From contig OZ246001.1 of NCBI GenBank assembly GCA_965230295.1, forward strand, positions 2,496,001 through 2,560,000: a stretch of DNA of 64,000 nt, read 5' to 3'. The position numbers were made by a program, and so were the translations under genes. Source of the stretch: Marinicella sp. Its GTDB lineage: Bacteria; Pseudomonadota; Gammaproteobacteria; Xanthomonadales; Marinicellaceae. Positions 48,787 to 58,561 of this stretch are shown in pieces. Under the pieces are notes generated by a model. The model ran no database searches and was not told the origin of the DNA. It saw only the letters and a program-made list of their open reading frames with translations. Each line of letters opens with the position of its first letter. Within the stretch, counting starts at the first letter, position 1.

Positions 48787-49534
48787 TGCTGTCAGTGCAG
48801 TGGTTACCTGTTTTAACTCTGCCAAAACCATTGAAAAGTGCCTGCAAAGCCTGGCCTGGGCTGATGAAATCATTGTGTTGGATTCGTACAGTGAAGACCA
48901 GACGGTTGCAATCATTAAGTCACAGCCAAACATCAAGCTAATACAACAGGCTTTCAAAGGCTTTGCACAGCAGAAACAAGATGTCATTGATATGGCAAAA
49001 CATGACTGGGTGATGTTGTTGGATGCTGATGAGTGTTTAACGCCCAAAGCCATTAAAAAAATCCAGCAATGGCAAACCAAGCTACCTCAAGCTGATGGTT
49101 TTAATCTTCCAAGGGTTGAGTGGGTGTTCTGGCATTGGGCCCACCCCTGGGTCAAGCGCAATGAATTCATCCGCTTGTTTAACCGCAAAAAGTCCCACAT
49201 GAGCCAAGACTTGGTTCATGAATCCATTCAGGTAGATGGTAAAGTCAAAAAACTTTATGCTCCATTTAAACATTATGGCGAGACATCCATACAAATCAAA
49301 TTAGAGAAGATCAATCGCTATTCGGCTTTGGCAGCCCAACAAAAGTTTGATCGAGGCAAAAGATGCAGTCCACTGCGTTTGTTTTTATATCCCATTTTTT
49401 ATTTTTTCAGACAGTATTTCATTAAACGACAAATTTTTAACGGTGTTGCTGGTGTGATCAATGCCACCCTGAACAGTTACTATGCCTACTTAAAATACGC
49501 CAAATTATATGAGTTACAACAAAATAAAGACTGA
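48773..49534 (+). CDS. GT2-family glycosyltransferase
   Basis: DEIIVLDS.S.D.T, WV..LDADE, VHE. Confidence 0.93.
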   Translation: MSQNNAVSAVVTCFNSAKTIEKCLQSLAWADEIIVLDSYSEDQTVAIIKSQPNIKLIQQAFKGFAQQKQDVIDMAKHDWVMLLDADECLTPKAIKKIQQWQTKLPQADGFNLPRVEWVFWHWAHPWVKRNEFIRLFNRKKSHMSQDLVHESIQVDGKVKKLYAPFKHYGETSIQIKLEKINRYSALAAQQKFDRGKRCSPLRLFLYPIFYFFRQYFIKRQIFNGVAGVINATLNSYYAYLKYAKLYELQQNKD

Positions 49535-50405
49535 CCTTCAGGTGGCATGGGCCAAATGGTTGGCGCGCAGATCTTTACCGACGTTGATGCGCATGGGTCG
49601 GGTGTTGGGGCGCCTTTTTTATTACTTACCCAATTCAAGAAAGCGTGTGGCAAAAATTAATTTGGCAGTTTGCTTTCCGGAGTCATCAGACCAAGAGGCC
49701 AAAACTTTGTTAAAGGACAACCTGATCTCTACTGGCCAGGGGGTGATGGAAATGTTGGCTGCATTGTGGTCTCCTGATCAACATGTTGCTGAGCGATTTA
49801 AGATAACTGGTATGTCGCATTTACAACAAGCTTTAAAAGGTAACAAAGGCTGTTTGTTGTTAAGTTGTCACACAACTTCAATCGAGTGGGGTATCAGGGG
49901 GTTGAACCACCACATGAAATCTACTGGTTTGCCAGTGGGCCACATGCTTGCCAGACAACACAACAACAAGTTACTTGAAGCCCATTTTGAAGCTGCCAGG
50001 CTGGGGTTTGTTGAAAAGTTGATTGATAAGAAGAACCTTCGAAGTTTGTTGAAGTCCATCAATACCGGGAGTCCGGTTTATTATGCTCCGGATCAGAACT
50101 TTTCTTATCAGGTGGCATTTGCCAACTTTTTCGGCCGGCCAGCCGCCACCACAGTTGGCACCCATAAATTGGCACAAAAAGCAGTTCCGGTTGTTCCGTG
50201 GTTTTGCTTTCGCACCGCTGATTGTCAATGGCACATTGAAATTTTACCGCCCTTGAGCGGGTTTGCTGAGCTGCCTGAGCAGCAAGCCTGCACGTTCCTC
50301 AATCAATTGTTTGAGGAACAGATCCGTAAGCACCCTGAACAATATTTGTGGGTGCACCGTCGATTCAAGAATCAACCCGAAGGGTTTGATAACCCCTATG
50401 AGTAG
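49509..50405 (+). CDS. Lipid A acyltransferase (LpxL/LpxP family)
   Basis: H...E, YAPDQ, FFG.PAAT, PEQYLWVHRRFK. Confidence 0.92.
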   Translation: MSYNKIKTDLQVAWAKWLARRSLPTLMRMGRVLGRLFYYLPNSRKRVAKINLAVCFPESSDQEAKTLLKDNLISTGQGVMEMLAALWSPDQHVAERFKITGMSHLQQALKGNKGCLLLSCHTTSIEWGIRGLNHHMKSTGLPVGHMLARQHNNKLLEAHFEAARLGFVEKLIDKKNLRSLLKSINTGSPVYYAPDQNFSYQVAFANFFGRPAATTVGTHKLAQKAVPVVPWFCFRTADCQWHIEILPPLSGFAELPEQQACTFLNQLFEEQIRKHPEQYLWVHRRFKNQPEGFDNPYE

Positions 50406-50565
50406 TCTGGGGTAAACTGATTTGCTAAGGTAGATTGACCCATGCAATGCACAAAGTCGAGTCTTGAATATTAAATTCAGTAATTCGTCATGCCGGCCTG
50501 CGCCGGTATGACCGGTTCGCGTTATGTAGTCAACCATTGAGGTGTTCAATGTGCCAATGTGTTCA

Positions 50566-51276
50566 TCATTTCCATATACAACTGACCAACACACCAACCA
50601 AGGCACAGTGTATTTTGGTACCGTACTTGGTGGTGAATGTCTTGGAGATGGTGATTTTATCGAAGAATCTTTCAATGCTACCTTCCAGACCCTCGGCATA
50701 GAAGTTCATTTGCAGCTGAGGTTTGTCAACTGACTCATCCAAATAAGGGATGTCAGCATACCAATCAGTGACCTGTGGCTCTTGAGGGAAGTAATCTTTT
50801 GCCGGGCCTGTTCGGGCTTCGAATTCGGGCGTGATCTCCATGGATGTTCTGTTATTGACCATCCGCATGATGTCTCCACTGGTTAATGGATTGGGTACAG
50901 GTTCAGCATCTAATGGCTCATTGCCCACCTCGGTTTCGATGGTTGATTGTTGTGTTTGTGGGTCGGCTTTCGCCGGTGGTTGCTTGGTTTCAATTTCAGG
51001 ACTGTATTGAGGCTCAATTGCTTTCTCTGGCTGCACCTTTTCGACAACCACCGGAGGTGTTTCTGGTTCAACAAATTCTGGCACTTGGGTTATTGGTTCT
51101 GATGTGTCAATCAAATCGACGGCCAAAGTTTTGTTGAATTCAGGGATGTCAATTATCCAGGGTCTTGGCAAGAGTAACAAAACCATCAAGACCAACAAAG
51201 GCATGATACTGTGTTTTAACCAATGTTCAATGTTGTGTTGGGATTGCCAGTATGCTTGGGTGGTCAAGAAAGCCAA
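50566..51276 (-). CDS. Hypothetical membrane-anchored protein with a Pro/Glu-rich linker
   Basis: N-terminal TM, low-complexity linker, C-terminal TKYGTKIHC...C. Confidence 0.7.
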   Translation of the reverse strand: MAFLTTQAYWQSQHNIEHWLKHSIMPLLVLMVLLLLPRPWIIDIPEFNKTLAVDLIDTSEPITQVPEFVEPETPPVVVEKVQPEKAIEPQYSPEIETKQPPAKADPQTQQSTIETEVGNEPLDAEPVPNPLTSGDIMRMVNNRTSMEITPEFEARTGPAKDYFPQEPQVTDWYADIPYLDESVDKPQLQMNFYAEGLEGSIERFFDKITISKTFTTKYGTKIHCALVGVLVSCIWK

Positions 51277-51379
51277 AACTCAGGATTGCTGTGAATTGGC
51301 TTATTATAGGATTCGGGCGTTAAGGCTATGTAAATTAAATGTAATGAAAACGATGACAGTGATGCAAAGTTTGTTGAAT

Positions 51380-51850
51380 TCAGAGTTTAATGTTAAAAAA
51401 CTTGAACACCACCCAAGCTGGCCCGATCAAAAGGAATTGAAGGTCTTTGAAAAATGATGGCTTTTTGCCTTCGATGTGATGCCCAATGAACTGCCCAATC
51501 CAAGCTGCCACAAAAACCACAAGAGCGATGGTCAGCAAAGGGTAGCCTAAGTTTTCAAACCAGTAGTTCAAGGCCAGGCATGCAGCAGTAAACACCAACA
51601 TGGTTGCAAAGACCTTAAAGCTTTTAAGTATGTAATAAAGCATAAGCAATGAAGTGCTGACGATCGCAAAGTTCATCACGTAGGGTATCTTGATGGTCCA
51701 CATCACCGCTGAAATTGACCAAAAAATCAAAGGTACACAAACATAATGAATCAGTTGGTTGGTGCGGTTGACATGAGATTTGTGGTACTCAGTCATTAAA
51801 TGCTTCATTGAGTCAGAACGCATGTCCTGTGATTCTGCGGTAGGCTTCAT
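51380..51850 (-). CDS. DUF962/Mpo1-family membrane protein
   Basis: Y..SH.N..N..IH..CVP, QFIGH.IEGKKPSF..DLQFLLIGP.W. Confidence 0.92.
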   Translation of the reverse strand: MKPTAESQDMRSDSMKHLMTEYHKSHVNRTNQLIHYVCVPLIFWSISAVMWTIKIPYVMNFAIVSTSLLMLYYILKSFKVFATMLVFTAACLALNYWFENLGYPLLTIALVVFVAAWIGQFIGHHIEGKKPSFFKDLQFLLIGPAWVVFKFFNIKL

Positions 51851-52676
51851 GATATTTCTCAGCTGTTTTGTTAATCAATTCAGTGGGTACATGTGGTCCT
51901 GGTGGTTGCTTGTCCCAGTCCAATGTTTCCAAATAATCACGAATGAATTGTTTGTCGTAGCTTTCAGGGCTGCTGCCAACTTGATAAGTGTCCTGATTCC
52001 AAAATCTCGATGAGTCAGGTGTCAGTACCTCATCCATCAAAACCAAATCATCATCCTCATCCAGGCCAAACTCAAACTTCGTGTCAGCAATAATGATACC
52101 ATTGTTTAGGGCATGTTCACTGGCCTTGAGGTAAATTTGTGTAGATACTTCACGCAATTGTGCAGCACGTTCGGAGCCTACCAGATTGGCGAGTTGATCA
52201 TAAGTGATGTTTTCATCGTGATCTCCCACCTGAGCTTTTGATGAAGGCGTGAACAAAGCTGCTGGCAGTTGCTGTGCTTGTTTTAAGTCAGGTGGTAGTT
52301 CAATGCCACACACTGCGCCAGTTTGGAGGTAATCTTTCCAGCCAGAACCAATGATGTAACCACGAACGATGGCTTCACAAGGTAAGGCTTTCAATTTTTT
52401 CACCACCACAGCCCTTTGTTGAAGGTCTTCGTTGGCATCAGGAATGACTTGTGTCACTGGAATTTCAGTGAGGTGATTCTTTATAATAGGCCGCATCATA
52501 TCAAACCAAAAATTCGATATTTGGGTCAACAATGCACCTTTTTGAGGGATGACATCGGGTAACACCACATCAAAGGCGCTGAGGCGATCACTGGCAACCA
52601 TGAGTAAATGTTTATCGTCAACTTCATAGACATCCCTGACTTTGCCTTGATGAATTTTTGGTAATTGAATTTCCAT
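51813..52676 (-). CDS. purC: SAICAR synthase
   Basis: GKVRDVY, SDRLSAFD, IADTKFEFG, DEVLTPDSSRFW, DKQFIRD. Confidence 0.98.
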   Translation of the reverse strand: MEIQLPKIHQGKVRDVYEVDDKHLLMVASDRLSAFDVVLPDVIPQKGALLTQISNFWFDMMRPIIKNHLTEIPVTQVIPDANEDLQQRAVVVKKLKALPCEAIVRGYIIGSGWKDYLQTGAVCGIELPPDLKQAQQLPAALFTPSSKAQVGDHDENITYDQLANLVGSERAAQLREVSTQIYLKASEHALNNGIIIADTKFEFGLDEDDDLVLMDEVLTPDSSRFWNQDTYQVGSSPESYDKQFIRDYLETLDWDKQPPGPHVPTELINKTAEKYHEAYRRITGHAF

Positions 52677-52741
52677 GCTTTGTGCACCGCGTACAAAGCG
52701 TGTATTTTAGCTATGGACAACTGACGAAGCAAATAAATAGT

Positions 52742-53548
52742 ATGGGTATTATCATTGGAGGAATTCTTGGGTACAAATTCGGCTTCTTGCCAGGTATGTT
52801 GCTGGGTGCCTGGGTTGGATTTTGGCTAGAAAGGCAGCTGACCGGAAGCAATGTCACCAACAGTAAAAAACAAACCCAAGAAAGTTTTTTTAACGCCCTG
52901 TTTTTATCAATGGGCAAGTTGGCAAAGGTGGATGGCAAAGTATCACCGCTAGAGATTGAGCGTACAGAAGGCATCATGCGACACATGAAGCTGAATCATG
53001 ACATGCGCCAAAAAGCTATCAATTTGTTTACCCAAGGCAAAGACCCCAATTACAGTATTGACGGTGCCTTGCGACAATTTGGTCAGTTTGCCAGAAGATC
53101 ATTGTCACTCAAACAGATATTCCTGGAGATGTTGATAGATGTGGCTGAAGCGGATGGTATGATTTCAAGAGCAGAACAAACCTTGATTGAACAAGTTTGT
53201 CACATGATTGGTTACCCCAAGCAGTTGCTGTATGCGATGATGAAAATGCGTGGATTTACCGCCACGGGCGGTTATCAACAATCCAAGCGTGAGCATGATT
53301 ATCGTGGTCAGTCCAGTAGGCGTTCAGTCAACCGCAACGCGCCTTTTAACCCTTATCAGGTGTTGGGAGTCACTCAAAATGACAGCAAGGCCACCATTCG
53401 CAAAGCATACAAAAGATTGATGAGTCAGCACCACCCGGATAAGTTAGTGTCTAAAGGCTTGCCACCTGAAATGATGAAAGTGGCGGAAGAAAAAGCCAAA
53501 CAAGTTCAACTGGCCTGGGAAAAAGTCAAAGATTTGAAGGGGTGGTGA
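52742..53548 (+). CDS. djlA: DnaJ-like co-chaperone DjlA
   Basis: N-terminal TM, TerB-like AKVDG.V...EI, C-terminal J-domain HHPDKL. Confidence 0.92.
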   Translation: MGIIIGGILGYKFGFLPGMLLGAWVGFWLERQLTGSNVTNSKKQTQESFFNALFLSMGKLAKVDGKVSPLEIERTEGIMRHMKLNHDMRQKAINLFTQGKDPNYSIDGALRQFGQFARRSLSLKQIFLEMLIDVAEADGMISRAEQTLIEQVCHMIGYPKQLLYAMMKMRGFTATGGYQQSKREHDYRGQSSRRSVNRNAPFNPYQVLGVTQNDSKATIRKAYKRLMSQHHPDKLVSKGLPPEMMKVAEEKAKQVQLAWEKVKDLKGW

Positions 53549-53637
53549 TGAGGAATCAAGCGCTATTGGCATTCCTTATTGACTTTCCATACAGGCAGTG
53601 ACAAACTCCATAAACACAGTAAAACCTTTGAATTTCC

Positions 53638-54321
53638 ATGAATGAATTTATCATAGCACCATCTATTTTATCTGCTGACTTTGCCCGATTGGGAGCTGAT
53701 ACCCAAGCCGTTTTGGATGCGGGTGCTGATTGGGTACATTTCGATGTGATGGACAATCACTACGTACCCAACTTGACCATTGGACCACTGGTGTTAACGG
53801 CCCTCAGGGATTACGGGATCACTGCGCCCATTGATGTGCATTTGATGGTGAAACCTGTGGATAGGATCATTGGTGATTTTGCTCAGGCAGGTGCCAGTAT
53901 GATCACTTTCCATCCTGAAGCAACAGAACATGTGGATCGCTCATTGGCTTTGATTAAAGACTTGGGTTGTCAGGCCGGGTTGGTGTTGAATCCAGCGACG
54001 CCAGTGCATGTTTTAGAGCATGTGATGGATAAATTAGACATGATATTACTGATGAGTGTCAATCCAGGCTTCGGTGGGCAATCATTCATACCCAGCACCA
54101 TGGATAAACTCAAGACGGTCAGAAAACTGATTGATGATTCCGGCTTTAAGATTCGCCTTGAAGTGGATGGTGGAGTTAAAGTTGACAACATTGGAGACAT
54201 AGCGAAGGCTGGTGCAGACACATTTGTGGCAGGATCGGCCATATTCAATTCACCAGATTATGCCAACACCATCACAAATATGCGTCAAATGATTCAGCAG
54301 CAATTCAGCGAAGTGCGCTAA
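53638..54321 (+). CDS. rpe: Ribulose-phosphate 3-epimerase
   Basis: [37 protein letters not shown]. Confidence 0.98.
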   Translation: MNEFIIAPSILSADFARLGADTQAVLDAGADWVHFDVMDNHYVPNLTIGPLVLTALRDYGITAPIDVHLMVKPVDRIIGDFAQAGASMITFHPEATEHVDRSLALIKDLGCQAGLVLNPATPVHVLEHVMDKLDMILLMSVNPGFGGQSFIPSTMDKLKTVRKLIDDSGFKIRLEVDGGVKVDNIGDIAKAGADTFVAGSAIFNSPDYANTITNMRQMIQQQFSEVR

Positions 54322-54330
54322 AATAGAGTC

Positions 54331-54768
54331 ATGAAAGCAATTATTGCCACATTGTTATTGACATTATTCAGTTCACAACTGACGGCTAAGAGCAGGGGCA
54401 TGTCTCTGGAAGAAGCGGTTAACCAGGTGAAATCTGAAGGTCAAGTGCTGTCCGCGAAAACAGTCAATGGCAAGCATGAAATTAAAGTGCTGACACCGTC
54501 TGGCGCAGTCAAGACCATCAGCAAGAAGGCGGCCACTTCACAGGCGCAAACAAAGCCTAAAAGGCCTGAATATTACAACAAGGGTGGTCAGTCATTCAGG
54601 GATCGCAAACAAAATAATGCCATTCCCAACCGTTTTGATAACCAGCAGCGGGACAGGCGCAGAGGCAGTCGACAACTGGATTTGCAACCGATGACGTTTC
54701 AAAACAGAAGCAAAAGTAACAACACTAAGAAGAACAACCGATCTAATAACAACAATAAAGAAAAATAA
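54331..54768 (+). CDS. Secreted PepSY-like protein with a basic low-complexity tail
   Basis: Signal peptide; SLEEAV..V....G.VLSA...IKVLT..G.V; upstream of a PhoPQ-like pair. Confidence 0.7.
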   Translation: MKAIIATLLLTLFSSQLTAKSRGMSLEEAVNQVKSEGQVLSAKTVNGKHEIKVLTPSGAVKTISKKAATSQAQTKPKRPEYYNKGGQSFRDRKQNNAIPNRFDNQQRDRRRGSRQLDLQPMTFQNRSKSNNTKKNNRSNNNNKEK

Positions 54769-54771
54769 AGT

Positions 54772-55449
54772 ATGCGAGTACTGTTAATCGAAGACGACGA
54801 TAACCTGCGCAATACCCTGATTAAGCGGTTTGAAGAAACAGGTTATGTAGTGGACGCGGCCGATAACGGCGAAGATGGATTATACAAAGGTCAGGAATAT
54901 CCTGCTGATGTGGCTGTGATCGATTTGGGTTTACCCAGAATTTCCGGTATGGAAGTGATTCAAACATTGCGCCAAGACGGGGTTGAATTTCCTATCATCG
55001 TACTGACTGCACGCGGCTCTTGGCAAGATAAGGTGATGGGGCTGGATGCTGGGGCAGATGACTATTTGGTCAAACCCTTTCATTTTCCAGAATTGTTGGC
55101 TCGAGTTAATGCTTTGGTCAGAAGGGCCAGTGGTAACACCACACCAGAAATCAATTGTGGTGAATTGACCATGAACATGAGCACCCAGGAAGTTAAGTTG
55201 TCAGGGCAGATTCTTGATTTAACCTCTTATGAGTATAAAGTACTTGAATACCTGTTGCACCACCAAAATGAAGTGATATCAAAAACCATTCTAACCGAAC
55301 ACATCTACCACCAGGACTATGACAGAGACAGCAATGTTATAGAAGTTTTTGTGGGTAGACTGCGGAAAAAATTGGCGTCCATAGATCCTGATACCAAATA
55401 CATTGAAACGCTGCGAGGACGTGGTTATCGAATGCGCTCAATTGATTGA
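54772..55449 (+). CDS. OmpR-family response regulator, PhoP-like
   Basis: DLGLP, LTARGSWQDKV.GL.AGADDY, DRDSNVIEVF. Confidence 0.92.
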   Translation: MRVLLIEDDDNLRNTLIKRFEETGYVVDAADNGEDGLYKGQEYPADVAVIDLGLPRISGMEVIQTLRQDGVEFPIIVLTARGSWQDKVMGLDAGADDYLVKPFHFPELLARVNALVRRASGNTTPEINCGELTMNMSTQEVKLSGQILDLTSYEYKVLEYLLHHQNEVISKTILTEHIYHQDYDRDSNVIEVFVGRLRKKLASIDPDTKYIETLRGRGYRMRSID

Positions 55450-56811
55450 TTGATGGTTACTGTGACTCATAGCGTGTCACTGACAAAACGGGTTCTTGTC
55501 ACCTCAACCGTGGCGTTGTTGGTGGCATTGGCTTTCATCGGTCTGGTCATGGACCAGGCTTTCAAAGAAAAAACACTGCATCTGGTCAAAGAACGCCTTG
55601 AGAGCTATGTACTGGCCATCATCATTAACACCGAAGTTCAAGGCGACAGTTTGGTCTTCCCTGAGTACCTGCCTAGTCCCAGAATGGATCAACCAGGTTC
55701 AGGCATGTATGCGCAAATTATTGTGGGTGACCAATCCTGGTCATCACCATCTGTATTGGGTCAGGATTTGCCAGAATTGTTACCGGTTTCAGTGAATGAG
55801 CGGGTATTCGATGCACCCATTGAATATAAAGGCGAACGGTTGTTTCGTATGCGTCAGGGTTTTACCCTGGAAGGCGAAAATGGTTCATTAGAAATGACCC
55901 TGTCAGTCACTGAAAATGCCGGAAATTTCTATCGTGAACTGGCTGAATTTGAAGAAAATTTATTGACATGGTTGATTGCCATCAGTTCGGTACTGGTTTG
56001 TGTGCAGTGGGTGATCATGTACTGGGCCACCAAACCCTTAAAGCGGCTGATGGCTGATTTATTGAAGTTGGAAAAAGGCGATGAACTGATATTTTCAGAA
56101 GATTACCCCAGTGAGTTGCGAGGACTAACAGCCAGCTTGAATCGATTGATTGAAAATGAACGCAGTAATTTATCAAGGCAACGAAGAACTTTGGGTGATT
56201 TGGCTCATTCTTTAAAGACGCCATTGGCGGTCATTCATTCTGAATTGGAGAGTGATGGGGTCGATAAAGATTTGATCCAACAGCAAATCATGAACATGAA
56301 TGAGATTGTGGCTTATCAATTGAAACGAGCTGCCGTAGCTGGACACCGGACCTTTGTCACCGGGGTGCCTGTTATCGATGTGCTGGACAAACTGATCAAT
56401 ACCTTGAAGAAGGTGAACCCAAACCGCCAGGTGAACGTCAAAACTCAGATTGCACCGGGTGCTGAGTTTTATGGTGAAAAAGGTGATTTGATGGAAGTGT
56501 TGGGTAATTTATTAGAGAATGCCTTTAAATGGTGTGACCAAAATATCGACGTGTTGGTCAAAACACTCTATATGGAAGGCCGCAAACGAACTGGTATTGT
56601 GATTGAGATTGGTGATGATGGGCCAGGCATCCCCGCCAACAAAAGAGCCACGTTGTTACAGCGAGGCGTCAGAGGAGATGAACAAGTCAAAGGGCATGGC
56701 ATTGGTTTATCAATAGTGACCGATATTGTGGAATCATATCAAGGCGAGTTAGAAATCAAATCACACAAGGATCTTAAAGGCGCTTGTTTTAAAGTTATCT
56801 TGCCTCCATAA
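55450..56811 (+). CDS. Sensor histidine kinase, PhoQ-like
   Basis: YP.EL..L...LN, DLAHSLKTPL, GNLLENAFKW, GHGIGL. Confidence 0.92.
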   Translation: MMVTVTHSVSLTKRVLVTSTVALLVALAFIGLVMDQAFKEKTLHLVKERLESYVLAIIINTEVQGDSLVFPEYLPSPRMDQPGSGMYAQIIVGDQSWSSPSVLGQDLPELLPVSVNERVFDAPIEYKGERLFRMRQGFTLEGENGSLEMTLSVTENAGNFYRELAEFEENLLTWLIAISSVLVCVQWVIMYWATKPLKRLMADLLKLEKGDELIFSEDYPSELRGLTASLNRLIENERSNLSRQRRTLGDLAHSLKTPLAVIHSELESDGVDKDLIQQQIMNMNEIVAYQLKRAAVAGHRTFVTGVPVIDVLDKLINTLKKVNPNRQVNVKTQIAPGAEFYGEKGDLMEVLGNLLENAFKWCDQNIDVLVKTLYMEGRKRTGIVIEIGDDGPGIPANKRATLLQRGVRGDEQVKGHGIGLSIVTDIVESYQGELEIKSHKDLKGACFKVILPP

Positions 56812-56815
56812 ACTC

Positions 56816-57586
56816 ATGAAAAAATTACTGACCATCATGCAACAATTGCGTGACCCTGAAACGGGTTGTCCCTGGGACATCGAACAAACTTTTTCAACCA
56901 TTGCACCCTATACCATTGAAGAAGCTTATGAAGTGGCTGATGCCATCGCGCAAAATGACATAACAGGTTTAAAGTCTGAATTGGGAGACTTGCTATTCCA
57001 GGTGGTCTTTCATTCTCAGATGGCTGCTGAGGCTGGGCACTTTAATTTCGATGATGTGGTGGATGCGGTTTGTGAAAAAATGATCGCCAGGCACCCACAT
57101 GTATTTAAACCCAATGAACCAAAGCTGACTGCAGAAGAACAAACCATCGCTTGGGAAAAAGCAAAAAGTCAGCACAAGGCAAGTGTTTTGGATGGCATAG
57201 CGAAAAATTTACCAGAATTACTCAAAGCGGTTAAATTAACCAAATATGCCGCAGTCACCGGGTTTGATTGGCCTGACATATCTGATGTTTTTGAAAAGCT
57301 GGATGAAGAAACCCATGAGTTGAAAGAAGCTGTTGAAAGTGGTGATCAGGTTCATATGGAAGAAGAGTTGGGTGATTTGTTGTTTGTTTGTGCCAATCTG
57401 GCCAGACACATGAAAATAGATCCGTCTTCTGCATTGCGTAAAGCGAACGTGAAGTTTGAGAACCGGTTCAGAAAGGTAGAGGCAAAAGCAAAATCATTGT
57501 CCCCAAAAAAAGAAAACTTTGACCTGAAAGTTCTTGACGAACTATGGGATCAGGTCAAAGTAGAACTAAAAAATAATGATGGTTGA
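56816..57586 (+). CDS. mazG: Nucleoside triphosphate pyrophosphohydrolase MazG
   Basis: LRDP..GCPWD, EEAYEV, ELGDLL twice, RHPHVF. Confidence 0.97.
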   Translation: MKKLLTIMQQLRDPETGCPWDIEQTFSTIAPYTIEEAYEVADAIAQNDITGLKSELGDLLFQVVFHSQMAAEAGHFNFDDVVDAVCEKMIARHPHVFKPNEPKLTAEEQTIAWEKAKSQHKASVLDGIAKNLPELLKAVKLTKYAAVTGFDWPDISDVFEKLDEETHELKEAVESGDQVHMEEELGDLLFVCANLARHMKIDPSSALRKANVKFENRFRKVEAKAKSLSPKKENFDLKVLDELWDQVKVELKNNDG

Positions 57587-57598
57587 ACAAAACACCTC

Positions 57599-57814
57599 AA
57601 GTGTGTGTGCGTGTGTGTAAAAGGCATTTTAGCCAAACATCAGTTTGTTCTTTTTAATGAGCTATTAAAACCGCAGCTCTGTTTCGTTATTATCTCTCCC
57701 TCTTCTTGTTCTGAAATTGATCAGTGATTGCATCAATTTCTTCCAAGCTTGTAGTCATGTGACTGATACTTTTAAAAAGTGTGTGTAGTGTGTGTGTAAT
57801 TAAAAATATCAGTC
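57599..57814 (-). other. Two (CA)n tracts, one in the loop of a 15-bp stem (candidate structured 3' UTR or sRNA)
   Basis: GT-rich tracts at 57601-57618 and 57779-57797 on +; stem 57761-57775 / 57800-57814. Confidence 0.65.
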
Positions 57815-57841
57815 AACACAGACGTTTGGTTTACACGAGTA

Positions 57842-58555
57842 TTATTTCGTGATTCCGCAGTTCATTTTCTGCCCATTCAAAAATACTTGTACATTGTTAA
57901 TATCTATTGAACCTTTATTGGTATGAGCTTGACCATTTGCCAGTGAAGATTCACAGTTTAATCTCAGATTGATGGTGCTGGATGATGCGCGATTGTTTTC
58001 AACGAATTCAATCAACCCACCAGTACCTTCACCAGTAGCCGGTTGTCCGCCTGTTCCTTCACCAGTGGCCGGAGCGCCTCCAGTTCCTTCACCAGTGGCT
58101 GGCTTTCCACCAGTGCCTTCCCCTGTGGCCGGATTACCGCCAGTTCCTTCACCGGTTGCATAAGTGATACCACCAGTGCCTTCCCCAGTGGCTTTTTCGT
58201 CATAATGAGTGATCAGGGTACTTTCGGTAATCAGCTCAACAGAATAATTATCTATCAAACCTTCAACAAAAAGAGTTTGTCCATCAGTTGTATAGATTCC
58301 CTTTACATAGTGATCATCATTAGAATACAAATGTAAGTCAGCTGCATAAAGTGCAGATGAGAATAAACTGACTAACATGAACAAAACAAAGTGAATTGGA
58401 GTTTTTCTGGAAATGCCAGTGCCTTCTGTTTCTGCCATTGACCTTAAACCTGTTCCTTCAGTTTCAGCCATTGATTTGATACCCGTTCCTTCAGTTTCGG
58501 CTCTGCTTTTGATTCCTGTACCTTCTGTTTCAGCGAAATTCATGGTTTGCTCCAA
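57842..58555 (-). CDS. Exported protein with 4x AETEGTG before the signal peptide and 6x ATGEGTGG in the mature part
   Basis: Repeats at 58415-58534 and 58016-58192; hydrophobic segment ending ALYA/AD; C-terminal Cys pair. Confidence 0.8.
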   Translation of the reverse strand: MEQTMNFAETEGTGIKSRAETEGTGIKSMAETEGTGLRSMAETEGTGISRKTPIHFVLFMLVSLFSSALYAADLHLYSNDDHYVKGIYTTDGQTLFVEGLIDNYSVELITESTLITHYDEKATGEGTGGITYATGEGTGGNPATGEGTGGKPATGEGTGGAPATGEGTGGQPATGEGTGGLIEFVENNRASSSTINLRLNCESSLANGQAHTNKGSIDINNVQVFLNGQKMNCGITK

Positions 58556-58561
58556 ATTAGT

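Noticed and set aside
57842-58555. Graspetide (omega-ester RiPP) precursor, suggested by Thr/Glu repeats
   Set aside because: No ATP-grasp ligase, peptidase-ABC transporter or leader motif nearby, and the protein has a Sec-type signal.
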